A stretch of DNA of 64,000 nt from an uncultured bacterium (lineage in GTDB: Bacteria > Krumholzibacteriota > Krumholzibacteriia > Krumholzibacteriales > Krumholzibacteriaceae). This document shows, one piece after another, positions 8,440 through 18,329 of this stretch; position 1 is the stretch's first letter, and each line of letters starts with the position of its first letter. The DNA is taken from positions 768,001 through 832,000 of the forward strand of contig CAWBAN010000001.1 in the NCBI GenBank assembly GCA_963786935.1, in the 5' to 3' direction. The translations under genes were made by a program, and so were the position numbers. The notes beneath the pieces are model-generated. The model was not told the origin of the DNA, did no database searches, and saw only the letters and a list, made by a program, of their open reading frames with translations.

Positions 8440-9432
8440 ATGAATCTTCTCGGATCCAGATGGGCGCGAATTGTCTTTCAGGCGGCCGGCGTCGCCCTGT
8501 TCATCGTGATCCTCACGCGGGTCGATGTCGGGGAGATATGGACCGCGTACCGGCACATACGGCTTCCGAGCGCGCTGGCCGGAGTGGCGCTGCTCTTCAC
8601 CCTCACGCTGCTCAAGAGCCTCCGGTGGAGACGAATCGTCGCCGCGCAGGGATTGCCGGTGCCGGCGTGGACGGCGTTCAGGGCGTACGCGGCGTCACTC
8701 TATCTCGGCGTGGTGACGCCCGGGCATCTCGGGGATTTCGCGAAGAGCCTCTATCTCACCGCGCGGGGAATGACGGCGGGGAAGGCGATATTCAGCTCGC
8801 TCGCCGATCGGCTCTTCGACGTGGCGTTTCTCGCGGTGAGCGGGTACGTGAGCCTGCTGTTCTTTCCGGGCATCTTCGCGAACCAGCTTCTCATGAGCTC
8901 GCTGCTGCTCGCGCTCGTGGCGATCGTCGTGGCCGCGCTCTTTTTCCGGCGGGAGTTCCTCACCCGGTTCACGAGAAAGTTCCTCTCGGGGATGCCGAAC
9001 CGGGGCATCAGGACGAGCCTCGACCGGGCGGTGACGGAAAGCATCGAGGAGTTCGGCCTTCTGGGCGCGGGGACGACGGCCGTCGCGGCGCTTTTGACGC
9101 TGGCGGCATGGGCTGCGCACTACCTCTTCTTCATCATCTTCGCGGGCGCGCTCGGCCTCGGCGCCTCGATTCCCGTCCTGATCGTTTCGGTCTCGGCGGC
9201 CGTGTTCGTTTCGCTGATCCCCGTCTCGCTCTCGGGTCTCGGCACGAGGGATCTGGCGCTCATACTGATCTTTCACCGCGCCGGCCTCTCCCGCGAGGCG
9301 GCGGTGACGTTTTCGTTTTCCTTCATCATCGTCTATCTCATCCAGGGAATCACGGGGCTGCTGTGTTGGTTGAGCGTCCCGCTGCGCGCCGGTGCCGCGG
9401 CGGCGTCGACCGTTGACCGGGAGGCGTCATGA
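8440..9432 (+). CDS. Lysylphosphatidylglycerol synthase TM-domain / flippase-like membrane protein
   Basis: KSLRWRRI, VTPGHLGDFAK, ADRLFD, LIPVSLSGLGTRD; multiple TM helices. Confidence 0.8.
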   Translation: MNLLGSRWARIVFQAAGVALFIVILTRVDVGEIWTAYRHIRLPSALAGVALLFTLTLLKSLRWRRIVAAQGLPVPAWTAFRAYAASLYLGVVTPGHLGDFAKSLYLTARGMTAGKAIFSSLADRLFDVAFLAVSGYVSLLFFPGIFANQLLMSSLLLALVAIVVAALFFRREFLTRFTRKFLSGMPNRGIRTSLDRAVTESIEEFGLLGAGTTAVAALLTLAAWAAHYLFFIIFAGALGLGASIPVLIVSVSAAVFVSLIPVSLSGLGTRDLALILIFHRAGLSREAAVTFSFSFIIVYLIQGITGLLCWLSVPLRAGAAAASTVDREAS

Positions 9433-9920
9433 CGGACATGCGCGAACGAGATACGAATTCCTTTGCGGGATTCTGGCGCGGGTTTCTCGGCCACTGCGCG
9501 TATTACGTGAGCTGGCCGCATACGCTCGCCACGGCGCTGCACAAGATCCGCGGCGTGCGGATCGAGCATCCGCACCGCGTGCGGATCGCGGCGAACGTGC
9601 TCATCGATTCGCTCTACCCGGAGCTCGTCGAGATCGAGGACGACGTGTTTCTCACGCGCGGCGTCGTGATCGTCGCCCATCTCACGCCGACCCCGTTCCT
9701 GCGGGCGCTCATCGGCGGGACGGAGTTCAAGAAGGTCCATATCGGACGGGGGGCCTACATCGGGGTCAACGCGATCATTCTTCCCGGCGTGAACGTCGGC
9801 GAGGGATGCATCGTCGGGGCCGGATCGGTCGTCACGAAGGACGTGCCGCCGTACACCGTCGCCGCAGGGAATCCGGCGCGCGTCCTGCGGAAGGTGACGG
9901 ACGTGAAAGGGAATCGGTGA
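9429..9920 (+). CDS. Hexapeptide-repeat (LbH) acyltransferase
   Basis: VHIGRGAYIGVNAIILPGVNVGEGCIVGAGSVVTKDVPPYTVAAGNPARV. Confidence 0.9.
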   Translation: MTDMRERDTNSFAGFWRGFLGHCAYYVSWPHTLATALHKIRGVRIEHPHRVRIAANVLIDSLYPELVEIEDDVFLTRGVVIVAHLTPTPFLRALIGGTEFKKVHIGRGAYIGVNAIILPGVNVGEGCIVGAGSVVTKDVPPYTVAAGNPARVLRKVTDVKGNR

Positions 9921-9921
9921 C

Positions 9922-10644
9922 ATGAGCCGCTACGCGAACCGCTTTTCGATGGACGCCGTGCGCCTGTTCTGGGACGGCGTCGCGGTGGAATACGGCGAGG
10001 AGAACGCGCGCGTCGAGCGGATCCACACGCAGCGGTTCCGCGAGGCGCTCAAGCGGCTGAGGCTCCGGCCGGGGATGAAGGTGCTCAACGTGTGGTCGCG
10101 GACGGGGAGCGCCGCTCCGTACCTGCGGAGCGCGCTCGCCGATATCGTGCTTGTGAACGCCGAGCTCTCGCGGGGCATGCTGCGGCAGGCGGCGCGGCTC
10201 CATCCGGGGGAAAGCTTCGTCCAGAGCTCGCTGCACGCGCTTCCGTTCGGCGGCGCTGCGTTCGACGCCGTTCTCTCGCTCGAAACGCTCGAGCACGTCC
10301 CGGATCCCTTCCTGTTTCTTTCCGAGATCCGCCGCGTGCTCGCGCCGGGAGGGGATCTCGTGATGAGCCTGCCGCCGAGCGCCGTCGAATGGACCGCGTT
10401 TCTCAACGATCGCCTCAAGTTCCATCACGGAGAGGGGCCGCACCGGTTCATCGCTCCCCGCGAGGTGAAACGGATGCTCCGCGAGGCCGGCTTCGAGCTC
10501 GTCGAACACCGGGGAACGCTTTTTCTGCCGCTCAAGGGGGCCTGTTTCGAATCGTTCGATTTGAAGCTGAGCGCGTTGTTCGCCGGCGGACCGCTCGCGC
10601 AGCTCGGCCTGAGGCAATTCTATGTCTGCAAAGTCGCCCGTTGA
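9922..10644 (+). CDS. Class I SAM-dependent methyltransferase (atypical motif I)
   Basis: LPFGGAAFDAVLSLETLEHVPDP...EIRRVLAPGG; motif I reads VLNVWSRTG. Confidence 0.75.
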   Translation: MSRYANRFSMDAVRLFWDGVAVEYGEENARVERIHTQRFREALKRLRLRPGMKVLNVWSRTGSAAPYLRSALADIVLVNAELSRGMLRQAARLHPGESFVQSSLHALPFGGAAFDAVLSLETLEHVPDPFLFLSEIRRVLAPGGDLVMSLPPSAVEWTAFLNDRLKFHHGEGPHRFIAPREVKRMLREAGFELVEHRGTLFLPLKGACFESFDLKLSALFAGGPLAQLGLRQFYVCKVAR

Positions 10645-11929
10645 GCTTCTGATCGAAACGGTGGTGAACACCGGCCTCTGCACGAGGTGCGGAACGTGCG
10701 CGGGCGCGTGCCCCGTCGACAACATCTCCTTCGACGATCCGCTCGGCGCGTGTCTCCCGGCGGCGGGGGACGCGTGCACGTCCTGCGGGCTCTGTCTCGA
10801 GAGCTGTCCGGGCGCCGCGGTCGATTTCGCCCCGCTCGAGCGGACGCTGTTCGGCGGGGCCGAGCCGGATCCGCTGCTCGGCGTCGTGCGGAGCGCGTAT
10901 CTCGTCCACGCGACGGACGCGGGCGTGAGGAGGATGGGGTCGAGCGGGGGCGTGGTGACGGCGATGCTCCTCGATCTCGTCGGGCGGGGAGCGTCGAGCG
11001 GCGCCGTGCTCTTCGCGCCGCATCCCCGGGAGCCCTGGCGCGGGTGGGGGAGGATCGCTTCATCCCCCGAAGAGATCGCCGCCGCCGCGCAGAGCCGGTA
11101 TCATCTGAGCCCCCTCAACACGGCGCTGGCCGGGCTCCGCGGCGCCGCGGGAGCGCGGGCGTACGTCGGGCTCCCCTGCCAGATCCACGGATTGCGGAAG
11201 CTCCAGGCGGCCGGATGGAAGGGATCGGACGCGGCGATCTCGCCGGTCATCGGCATCTACTGCGGGAACAACCTCTACTACGCGGCGACCCGCGTGATGC
11301 TCCGCAAACTCGGCGTGAAGCGCCTCGCGGACGTGGCGCGGCTCTCGTACCGCGAGGGGGCGTGGCCGGGATCGTTCGCCGTCCGGACGGCGGACGGCAC
11401 GGAGCGCTCGATCCCGAAGCTCGATTTCAACCAGGTCATCCCCTTCTATATCAATCGGCGATGCCTCTTCTGCGTCGATCTGACGAATGAGCTCGCCGAC
11501 CTGTCCGTCGGCGACGGATGGGCGAAGGAAGGGAGCGGGGGAGAGGGATGGTCGATCGTGCTCGTCCGGACCGACGCGGGCGCGCTCGCGTTCGATCGCG
11601 CGCTGCGCGCGGGGGTCATCGCCGCGGAGCCGATCGACCGGGACGCCGCCGCGCGCATGCATTCGCACGCGTTCGATCTCAAAAAAACGGGGTCGTTCCT
11701 GCGGCTTCGCCTGTGGCGCCGCTGGGGCTGCGCCGTGCCGCGGTACGACCGCGCGGGTCCCCGCGCCGGTGCGGGGCGCCGGATGTTCGAGATCGCGCTG
11801 TCTCTGCAGTTCGCCGCCGCGTCCTCGCGCGCGGGCCGCTCGGTGTTCCGGATACTTCCCGCGCACGCCCTCGGACGTTTCTTCAGGCTCGTCAGAAAAC
11901 GATGGATGCGGTCCACGGCTCGCCGCTAA
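10622..11929 (+). CDS. FrhB/FdhB-like (F420 hydrogenase beta-subunit family) protein with an N-terminal 2x[4Fe-4S] ferredoxin domain
   Basis: CTRCGTCAGACP and CTSCGLCLESCP; SSGGVVTA; VGLPCQI; CLFCVD...ADLSVGDGW. Confidence 0.85.
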   Translation: MSAKSPVELLIETVVNTGLCTRCGTCAGACPVDNISFDDPLGACLPAAGDACTSCGLCLESCPGAAVDFAPLERTLFGGAEPDPLLGVVRSAYLVHATDAGVRRMGSSGGVVTAMLLDLVGRGASSGAVLFAPHPREPWRGWGRIASSPEEIAAAAQSRYHLSPLNTALAGLRGAAGARAYVGLPCQIHGLRKLQAAGWKGSDAAISPVIGIYCGNNLYYAATRVMLRKLGVKRLADVARLSYREGAWPGSFAVRTADGTERSIPKLDFNQVIPFYINRRCLFCVDLTNELADLSVGDGWAKEGSGGEGWSIVLVRTDAGALAFDRALRAGVIAAEPIDRDAAARMHSHAFDLKKTGSFLRLRLWRRWGCAVPRYDRAGPRAGAGRRMFEIALSLQFAAASSRAGRSVFRILPAHALGRFFRLVRKRWMRSTARR

Positions 11930-11970
11930 GGGATTGACCCGCGCCCCCTCCTCCGATAGAGTGAGAAGCC

Positions 11971-13344
11971 ATGAATCGACATGAAGCGATCGGGCTCGGC
12001 CGCGAGCGGCATGAGTGGGAGCGGCGCCTTCTCGAGGTATGCGATCTCTACCTCGTCGGGGGAAGCGTCCGGGAGATGCTTCGCGGCGAGCGCGCCGGAT
12101 CCGCCGACGAGGATTACCTCGCCGCGGGGATCGGCTACGACGATCTCGTATCGCGTCTCGAACGGTTCGGGACGGTGAACCTCGTCGGAAAGTCGTTCGG
12201 CGTCATCAAGTTCACGCCACCGTCGGCGCGAACGGTCGACGTCTCGCTGCCGCGCGCCGAATTCTCCACCGGCATCGCCCACCGCGATTTCAGCGTCAGG
12301 TTCGATCCGGAGCTGCCGGTCGAGAAGGATCTCGAGCGCCGCGATTTCACCGTCAATTCGATGGCGCTGCACCTCGGCACGGGCGCCCTCGTCGATCCGC
12401 TTGGCGGGAGGACGGATCTCGGGAACCGGATCCTCAGGGTCAACCGCCCGGATTCCTTTCTCGAGGATCCGTTGCGGATCCTGCGCGGCGTCCAGCTCAT
12501 GGCGCGGCTCGAATTCGAGGTGGAGGAGCAGACGCGCGCCGACATGCGCCGTAACGCCGGGCTTCTCGGGAGCGTGTCCGCCGAGCGGGTGCGCGACGAG
12601 CTGAACAAGCTCATCGAGCTCGCGCGGCTGCCGTCGCGGGGATTCGTGTTCATGCACGAGGAGGGAATTCTCGAGCGCGTGCTGCCGGAGCTCGAAGCGA
12701 CCTTCGGCGTGGATCAGAACGAATTCCATCCCGACGACGTCTTCATGCACAGCCTGAAGAGCTGCGATATCGCCCCGGCCGCGCTCCATCTGCGATGGAG
12801 CGCGCTTCTCCACGATATCGGGAAGAAGGAGATGAAACAGGTCGTGGACGGCCGGACGGTGTTCTACCGACACGAGGAGGCGAGCGCGCGGCAGGCCGAC
12901 GCCATTCTCGACCGGTTGCGGTTCCCGGGCGAGCTCCGCAGGCGGATCGTCGCGCTCATCGCGCACCACATGTTCAAATTCATGACCGACGAGTGGTCCG
13001 ACGCGGCGGTGCGCCGCTTCATCGTGCGCGCGGGGCGCGAGAATCTCGACGACCTCCTCGCGCTCCGGGCGGCGGACGGGCTGTCCCGCGGGGACGGCGC
13101 GGTGATCGAGGAGAACGCCGCGATGCGCGAGCGTTTCGATCGCGTGATAGCGGCGGACGCGGCGTTCAAGATCACGGACCTCGCGGTCGACGGCGCCGAC
13201 ATCATGCGGACGCTCGGCGTCGCGGAAGGGCCCGAGGTGGGGATGATACTGGGGAAGCTCTTCGACGCCGTTCTGGAGAATCCCGCGGAGAACACGCGCG
13301 AGCGGCTGCTCTCCCTCGCCGCGAAGCTGCGGGAAAAGAAATGA
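11971..13344 (+). CDS. cca: tRNA nucleotidyltransferase (CCA-adding) with HD domain
   Basis: YLVGGSVRE...DED, DLERRDFTVNSMA, EDPLRILR, SAERVRDEL, LLHDIGK. Confidence 0.8.
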   Translation: MNRHEAIGLGRERHEWERRLLEVCDLYLVGGSVREMLRGERAGSADEDYLAAGIGYDDLVSRLERFGTVNLVGKSFGVIKFTPPSARTVDVSLPRAEFSTGIAHRDFSVRFDPELPVEKDLERRDFTVNSMALHLGTGALVDPLGGRTDLGNRILRVNRPDSFLEDPLRILRGVQLMARLEFEVEEQTRADMRRNAGLLGSVSAERVRDELNKLIELARLPSRGFVFMHEEGILERVLPELEATFGVDQNEFHPDDVFMHSLKSCDIAPAALHLRWSALLHDIGKKEMKQVVDGRTVFYRHEEASARQADAILDRLRFPGELRRRIVALIAHHMFKFMTDEWSDAAVRRFIVRAGRENLDDLLALRAADGLSRGDGAVIEENAAMRERFDRVIAADAAFKITDLAVDGADIMRTLGVAEGPEVGMILGKLFDAVLENPAENTRERLLSLAAKLREKK

Positions 13345-13540
13345 GAGTCTCCGCAATCGGTGTCAGGGGTGCATCCGGAAGTGGGTTCGAGGAATGAGGG
13401 CCTCGGATTCCGTGATGCTAAATAACCTGAAAACGGACAAAGAGTTAATTGCGGAAACTCTCGACGGCAATATAGGTGATACACCCTATCGTGTCAATCC
13501 AAAAGCGGAGCCGGCGGAAAATAATAGCGAGCGCCGGGGC

Positions 13541-13569
13541 TTGAGTTACGCAGGTGAAACCGGTATAAT
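13541..13569 (+). promoter_or_regulatory. sigma70-type promoter
   Basis: TTGAGT-N17-TATAAT upstream of AAAGGAG and the ATG at 13604. Confidence 0.6.
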
Positions 13570-13603
13570 GAAATGCGGGCGCGGAAAGGAGCCTTCGACC
13601 CGG

Positions 13604-13921
13604 ATGAATCGACTCGAGAAGCTGATTGCGGAGATCAAGAAACAGCTCTTGCCCTATCATCACGAGCACGATATCGAGCGTGGATGCGAGCGATGGGAGG
13701 TGCGGGAAGGCGACTGCCTCACGTCGTGGGTGGCCGGTCAGCTCGCCGTGTGCGGCAAGAAAAACAAATGCTCCGATAAAAAGCTATGCGCCTTTTACAG
13801 CTTCAGCGATCTCGCCCGAAAGAACTACCAGATATGCCGCGAGGTCACGCTCATGCTCGAGAGCGGGGAAGCGCGGTGCAATTTCGCCGAAAACGGCGAC
13901 AAAGACGATACTGCCAAGTAA
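13604..13921 (+). CDS. Hypothetical Cys-rich protein (105 aa)
   Basis: Has its own promoter and SD; 7 Cys plus HHEH; no family recognised. Confidence 0.6.
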   Translation: MNRLEKLIAEIKKQLLPYHHEHDIERGCERWEVREGDCLTSWVAGQLAVCGKKNKCSDKKLCAFYSFSDLARKNYQICREVTLMLESGEARCNFAENGDKDDTAK

Positions 13922-13993
13922 TGCCTAAATGGCAGCATTGGCAGGCAAGCGCTTGATTCTCCGAACCAGCCTTTTTCGGCTCCGCTCAATTTG

Positions 13994-14024
13994 CTTCGTA
14001 TCTTCTTATTATGCAATATATTAA
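13994..14024 (+). repeat. Imperfect ~32-nt element (copy 1) with an IHF-like core
   Basis: CTTCGTATCTTCTTATTATGCAATATATTAA resembles 59324-59355. Confidence 0.45.
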
Positions 14025-14047
14025 AATGATTGACTCGGCCGGCATCA

Positions 14048-14063
14048 TGGTACGATATTTGTA
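14048..14063 (+). promoter_or_regulatory. Putative sigma54 -24/-12 promoter of dnaK
   Basis: TGGTACG-ATAT-TTGTA versus consensus TGGCACG-N4-TTGCW; -12 GC is replaced by GT. Confidence 0.4.
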
Positions 14064-14104
14064 ATGCCTATATCAAATGACAGTTAAACCAAGGAGTGAT
14101 TGAT

Positions 14105-16030
14105 ATGTCCAAAACAATCGGTATCGATCTGGGAACAACCAACTCGTGCGTCGCCGTCATCGAAGGCGGCGAGCCCGTTATCATCCCGAATCCCGAGGGG
14201 GGGCGAACGACGCCTTCCGTCGTGGGATTCAAGGACGGGCAGCGGCTCGTCGGTGTGCTGGCGAAACGGCAGGCGATCACGAATCCGAAGAATACGGTCT
14301 ATTCGATCAAGAGATTCATGGGGCGCAAATACGCGGAGGTTCAGAACGAGATCTCCGAGGTGCCCTACGAGGTGATGCAGGGGCCGAACGGGGACGCCCG
14401 CGTGCGGCTGGACGGCAAGGAATACACGCCTCCCGAGATATCGGCGTTCATCCTCCAGTATCTGAAGGAAGCGGCCGAGAAATATCTCGGGGAGAAGGTG
14501 ACGCGCGCCGTCATCACCGTGCCGGCGTATTTCAACGACAGCCAGCGTCAGGCGACGAAGGACGCCGGCCGGATCGCGGGGCTCGAGGTCGAGCGGATCA
14601 TCAACGAGCCGACCGCGGCCTCTCTCGCGTACGGGGTTGAAAAGAAGGGGGAGAAGACGATCGCGGTCTTCGATCTCGGCGGCGGAACGTTCGATATCTC
14701 CATCCTCGAGCTCGGCGACAGCGTGTTCGAGGTCAAGGCGACGAACGGCGACACGCACCTCGGCGGCGACGATTTCGACCAGCGCGTGATGGACCACTTC
14801 GTCGGCGAGTTCAAGAAAGAGCAGGGGATCGACCTGTCGAACGATCCGATGGCGATGCAGCGGCTCCGCGAGGCGGCGGAGAAGGCGAAGTGCGAGCTCT
14901 CCACGGTCCCGCAGGCCGAGGTGAGCCTCCCGTTCATCACGGCGGACGCGAGCGGTCCGAAGCACTTCTCGATGAAGCTCACCCGCGCGAAGCTCGAGGC
15001 GCTGTGCGCGGATCTGATCGAGCGGACCGTCGCCCCGTGCAAGGCCTGCCTCAGGGACGCGGGGTTCACGCCCGCCGATCTCGACGAGGTTATTCTCGTC
15101 GGCGGAGCGACGAGGATGCCCGCCGTGCAGGCGAAGGTGAAGGAGCTCTTCGTCAAGGAGCCGCACCGGGGCGTGAATCCGGACGAGGTCGTCGCGCTCG
15201 GCGCGGCGATTCAGGGCGGGGTGCTCGCCGGCGACGTGCATGACGTGCTGCTGCTCGACGTGACGCCGCTGTCGCTCGGGATCGAGACGCTCGGGGGCGT
15301 GATGACGAAGCTCATCAACCGCAACACGACGATCCCGACGCGGAAGAGCGAGATATTCTCGACGGCCGCGGACAGCCAGACGACGGTCGAGATTCACGTG
15401 CTCCAGGGGGAGCGCGAGATGGCCGCGAACAACAAGTCGATCGGGCGCTTCCAGCTCGCGGGGCTGCCCCCGGCGCCGCGCGGCATTCCGCAGATCGAGG
15501 TGACCTTCGACATCGACGCGAACGGGATCCTCAACGTCTCGGCGAAGGACAAGGCGACCCTGAAGGAGCAGAAGATCATCATCCAGCCGTCGAGCGGGCT
15601 GACCGAGAAGGAGATCCAGCAGATGGTGAGCGACGCGGAGGGCCATGTCTCCGAAGACCGGGCGAAGCGCGAGATCATCGATCTGCGAAACCAGGGGGAC
15701 AATCTCGCCTATCAGACGGAAAAACAGCTCGTCGAGTTCAAGGACAAGATGTCGTCCGACGACGAGACGGAGCTGCGCCGCTCGCTCGAGGAACTGAAGG
15801 AAGCGCTGAAGCAGGACGATAAGGAGCGCATCAAGGGCGCGATCGACAAGCACAACGCCGTGTGGCAGCGCGTGGCCCAGAAGATGTACCAGAGCGCGTC
15901 GCAGCCGGGCGCCGGGACGGCGGCGGAGGAGCCGCGCGCGCAGGAACCCCCGCCTCACGGCGGGGGGAACGGCGGGGCCGTCGACGCGGAATACGAAGTC
16001 CTCGACGACGACGGCAAGAAGAAGAATTGA
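14105..16030 (+). CDS. dnaK: Chaperone DnaK (Hsp70)
   Basis: [48 protein letters not shown]-terminal VDAEYEV. Confidence 0.98.
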   Translation: MSKTIGIDLGTTNSCVAVIEGGEPVIIPNPEGGRTTPSVVGFKDGQRLVGVLAKRQAITNPKNTVYSIKRFMGRKYAEVQNEISEVPYEVMQGPNGDARVRLDGKEYTPPEISAFILQYLKEAAEKYLGEKVTRAVITVPAYFNDSQRQATKDAGRIAGLEVERIINEPTAASLAYGVEKKGEKTIAVFDLGGGTFDISILELGDSVFEVKATNGDTHLGGDDFDQRVMDHFVGEFKKEQGIDLSNDPMAMQRLREAAEKAKCELSTVPQAEVSLPFITADASGPKHFSMKLTRAKLEALCADLIERTVAPCKACLRDAGFTPADLDEVILVGGATRMPAVQAKVKELFVKEPHRGVNPDEVVALGAAIQGGVLAGDVHDVLLLDVTPLSLGIETLGGVMTKLINRNTTIPTRKSEIFSTAADSQTTVEIHVLQGEREMAANNKSIGRFQLAGLPPAPRGIPQIEVTFDIDANGILNVSAKDKATLKEQKIIIQPSSGLTEKEIQQMVSDAEGHVSEDRAKREIIDLRNQGDNLAYQTEKQLVEFKDKMSSDDETELRRSLEELKEALKQDDKERIKGAIDKHNAVWQRVAQKMYQSASQPGAGTAAEEPRAQEPPPHGGGNGGAVDAEYEVLDDDGKKKN

Positions 16031-16061
16031 TCCGCGAGCGGCGCGGCGAATGAAACGCGAA

Positions 16062-16088
16062 GCCCCGGGGCGCCGGACGCCCCGGGGC
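16062..16088 (+). terminator. GC-rich hairpin after dnaK
   Basis: GCCCCGGGGCG-CCGGA-CGCCCCGGGGC with a weak U-tract. Confidence 0.5.
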
Positions 16089-16149
16089 CAGATTTTCGTT
16101 GCCCGCGGGGCGTTCGTGTTATAAACTACGGTGGTTCGCACGAGCTGAT

Positions 16150-16226
16150 GGGCGATTAGCTCAGATGGTTAGAGTACCTGCTTGACATGCAGGGGGTCAC
16201 TGGTTCAATTCCAGTATCGCCCACCA
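16150..16226 (+). tRNA. tRNA-Val(GAC)
   Basis: Acceptor GGGCGAT/ATCGCCC; anticodon arm CCTGC-TT GAC AT-GCAGG; encoded CCA. Confidence 0.97.
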
Positions 16227-16251
16227 TTTTTTATATCGAGGTTTCAATCCG

Positions 16252-18180
16252 ATGACAGAGCTTATCATGAAAGACGGTTCGCGCCGGCCGGTGGCCGCGG
16301 GAAGTTCCCTCGGCGATGTCCTGAAGGATCTCCCCGAGGGGGTGCGTCGCAACGCCGTCGCGTTCAGGGCGGGCACTCGCCTCCTCGATCTGCGGACGAG
16401 CGTTCCCGACGGCGCCGAGATCAGCGTGGTGACGATGCAGGATCCCGAATCGCTCGAGGTGCTCCGGCACAGCGTTTCGCATCTGATGGCGCTCGCCGTG
16501 CAGGAGCTGTACCCCGGCGTGCGGTTCGGCATCGGCCCGGCCATCGAAGAGGGCTTCTACTACGATTTCCTGATGGACTCCTCCCTGAATCCCGAGGATC
16601 TCGAGCGTATCGAGGCGCGGATGCGGGAGCTTCTCGGGGCCGGCAATTCGGCGTTGACCCGCGAGGAGCTCGCGAGCGCCGACGCGGTCGCCCTGTTCGA
16701 ACGGCTCGGCCAGCCCTTCAAGGTGGAGCTGATCAAGGATCTCCACACCGAGACGGTTTCGATCTACCGGCTCGGCGCGTTCACCGATCTCTGCGCCGGC
16801 CCCCACGTTCCCGATCTCAAGATGGCCAAGGCGTTCAAGCTCACCTCGATCGCCGGCGCGTACTGGCGCGGGGACGAGCGGAATCCGATGATGCAGCGGA
16901 TCTACGGCACCGCGTTCTTCAAGAAGGACGACCTCGAGCAGGAGCTCGTCCGGCGCGAAGAGGCGAAGCGGCGGGACCATCGCAAGCTCGGTCCCCAGCT
17001 CGAGCTGTTCGATATCAAGGACGAGGCGGGGGGCGGGCTCGCGTTCTGGTATCCGAAAGGGTATATCCTCCGCGAGACCATCGAAAACTACTGGAAGGAA
17101 GAGCACCGGAAGAACGGGTATCAGCTCATCATGACCCCGCACATCGCGAAGAGCTCGCTCTGGCGCACCTCGGGGCACCTCGACTACTATCGCGAAAACA
17201 TGTTCATCATTCCGTCCGAGGACCAGGAGTTCGTGCTCAAGCCGATGAACTGCCCCGGGCACATTCTCGTTTACAAGACGAAGCTCCACAGCTATCGCGA
17301 TCTCCCGGTGCGCTACGCGGAGCTCGGCACCGTCTACCGGAACGAGCGATCCGGCACCCTGCACGGGCTGCTCCGCGTCCGGGGATTCACCCAGGACGAC
17401 GCCCACATCTTCTGCACTCCCGAGCAGCTCATCGAGGAGGTTGACCGGTGCTTCGATTTCGCGCACCGGCTCCTCGCCACGTTCGGATTCGATAAGTACC
17501 GGGTCGAACTGAGCGTGCACGATCCCGCGAACATGGGAAAGTACGCCGGCACCGAAGAGGAGTGGGAGCGGGCCGAAGCGTCGCTGCTGGCCGCCGTCGA
17601 GAAACGCGGGATTCCCTACCACCGGATGGTCGGGGAGGCGGTATTCTACGGCCCGAAGATCGATCTCAAGCTCATCGACGCGATCGGCCGGGGCTGGCAG
17701 GCGACGACGATCCAGTTCGATTTCAATCTGCCGCGGCGCTTCGACGTGCAGTATGTGAACGCGGAAGGGCAGCGCGCCTACGTTTACATGATACACCGCG
17801 CGCTCCTCGGCTCTCTCGAGCGCTTCATCGGCACGCTCACCGAGCATTACGCGGGGGAATTTCCCCTGTGGCTCGCGCCCGTTCAGGTGCGCGTATTCCC
17901 GATCGGCCCCGGCCAGCACGATTTCGTGCGCGAAGCGGTGAAACGGCTCGTGGACGCGGGCATCCGGGCCGAGGGGGACCTGCGCGAGGAGAAAATCGGC
18001 TACCGGATCCGGGAGGCCGAGCTCCTCAAGATCCCCTACATGGCCGTGGCCGGGGAACGCGAGGTGGCCGAGGGAACCCTCGATCTGAGGTCCAAGAAGA
18101 AGGGGCGAATCGGGGCGAAAAAAATCGATGATTTCATCGCCGAAGTGGTTGACGAGATCAATCGGAAAACGTATCTTTAG
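16252..18180 (+). CDS. thrS: Threonine--tRNA ligase
   Basis: RHSVSHLMA, DLCAGPHV, RDHRKLG, KPMNCPGH, FYGPKID, IHRALLGSLERF. Confidence 0.98.
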   Translation: MTELIMKDGSRRPVAAGSSLGDVLKDLPEGVRRNAVAFRAGTRLLDLRTSVPDGAEISVVTMQDPESLEVLRHSVSHLMALAVQELYPGVRFGIGPAIEEGFYYDFLMDSSLNPEDLERIEARMRELLGAGNSALTREELASADAVALFERLGQPFKVELIKDLHTETVSIYRLGAFTDLCAGPHVPDLKMAKAFKLTSIAGAYWRGDERNPMMQRIYGTAFFKKDDLEQELVRREEAKRRDHRKLGPQLELFDIKDEAGGGLAFWYPKGYILRETIENYWKEEHRKNGYQLIMTPHIAKSSLWRTSGHLDYYRENMFIIPSEDQEFVLKPMNCPGHILVYKTKLHSYRDLPVRYAELGTVYRNERSGTLHGLLRVRGFTQDDAHIFCTPEQLIEEVDRCFDFAHRLLATFGFDKYRVELSVHDPANMGKYAGTEEEWERAEASLLAAVEKRGIPYHRMVGEAVFYGPKIDLKLIDAIGRGWQATTIQFDFNLPRRFDVQYVNAEGQRAYVYMIHRALLGSLERFIGTLTEHYAGEFPLWLAPVQVRVFPIGPGQHDFVREAVKRLVDAGIRAEGDLREEKIGYRIREAELLKIPYMAVAGEREVAEGTLDLRSKKKGRIGAKKIDDFIAEVVDEINRKTYL

Positions 18181-18195
18181 GATCGACAATCGATT

Positions 18196-18310
18196 TGAAA
18201 AGCAGGAGGCGTGCGCCTCCTCACCTTACGGTCTTTATTGTATCGGTAGGGTTTCATCGTGAATCCGGTTCAAACGGGCGGGTGAGACTTTACCTGCCCT
18301 TTTTGTTTTT
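18196..18310 (+). ncRNA. L20-leader-like cis-regulatory RNA upstream of infC-rpmI-rplT
   Basis: AAGCAGGAGGC-GTGC-GCCTCCTCACCT hairpin, then terminator GGGCGGGTGA-GACT-TTACCTGCCC-TTTTTGTTTTT; canonical position. Confidence 0.6.
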
Positions 18311-18329
18311 ATTGCCGGGAGGTGGCGAT

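Noticed and set aside
13394..13603. Longer 175-aa version of the Cys-rich ORF
   Set aside because: The upstream part is AT-rich and contains the promoter and SD for the ATG at 13604.
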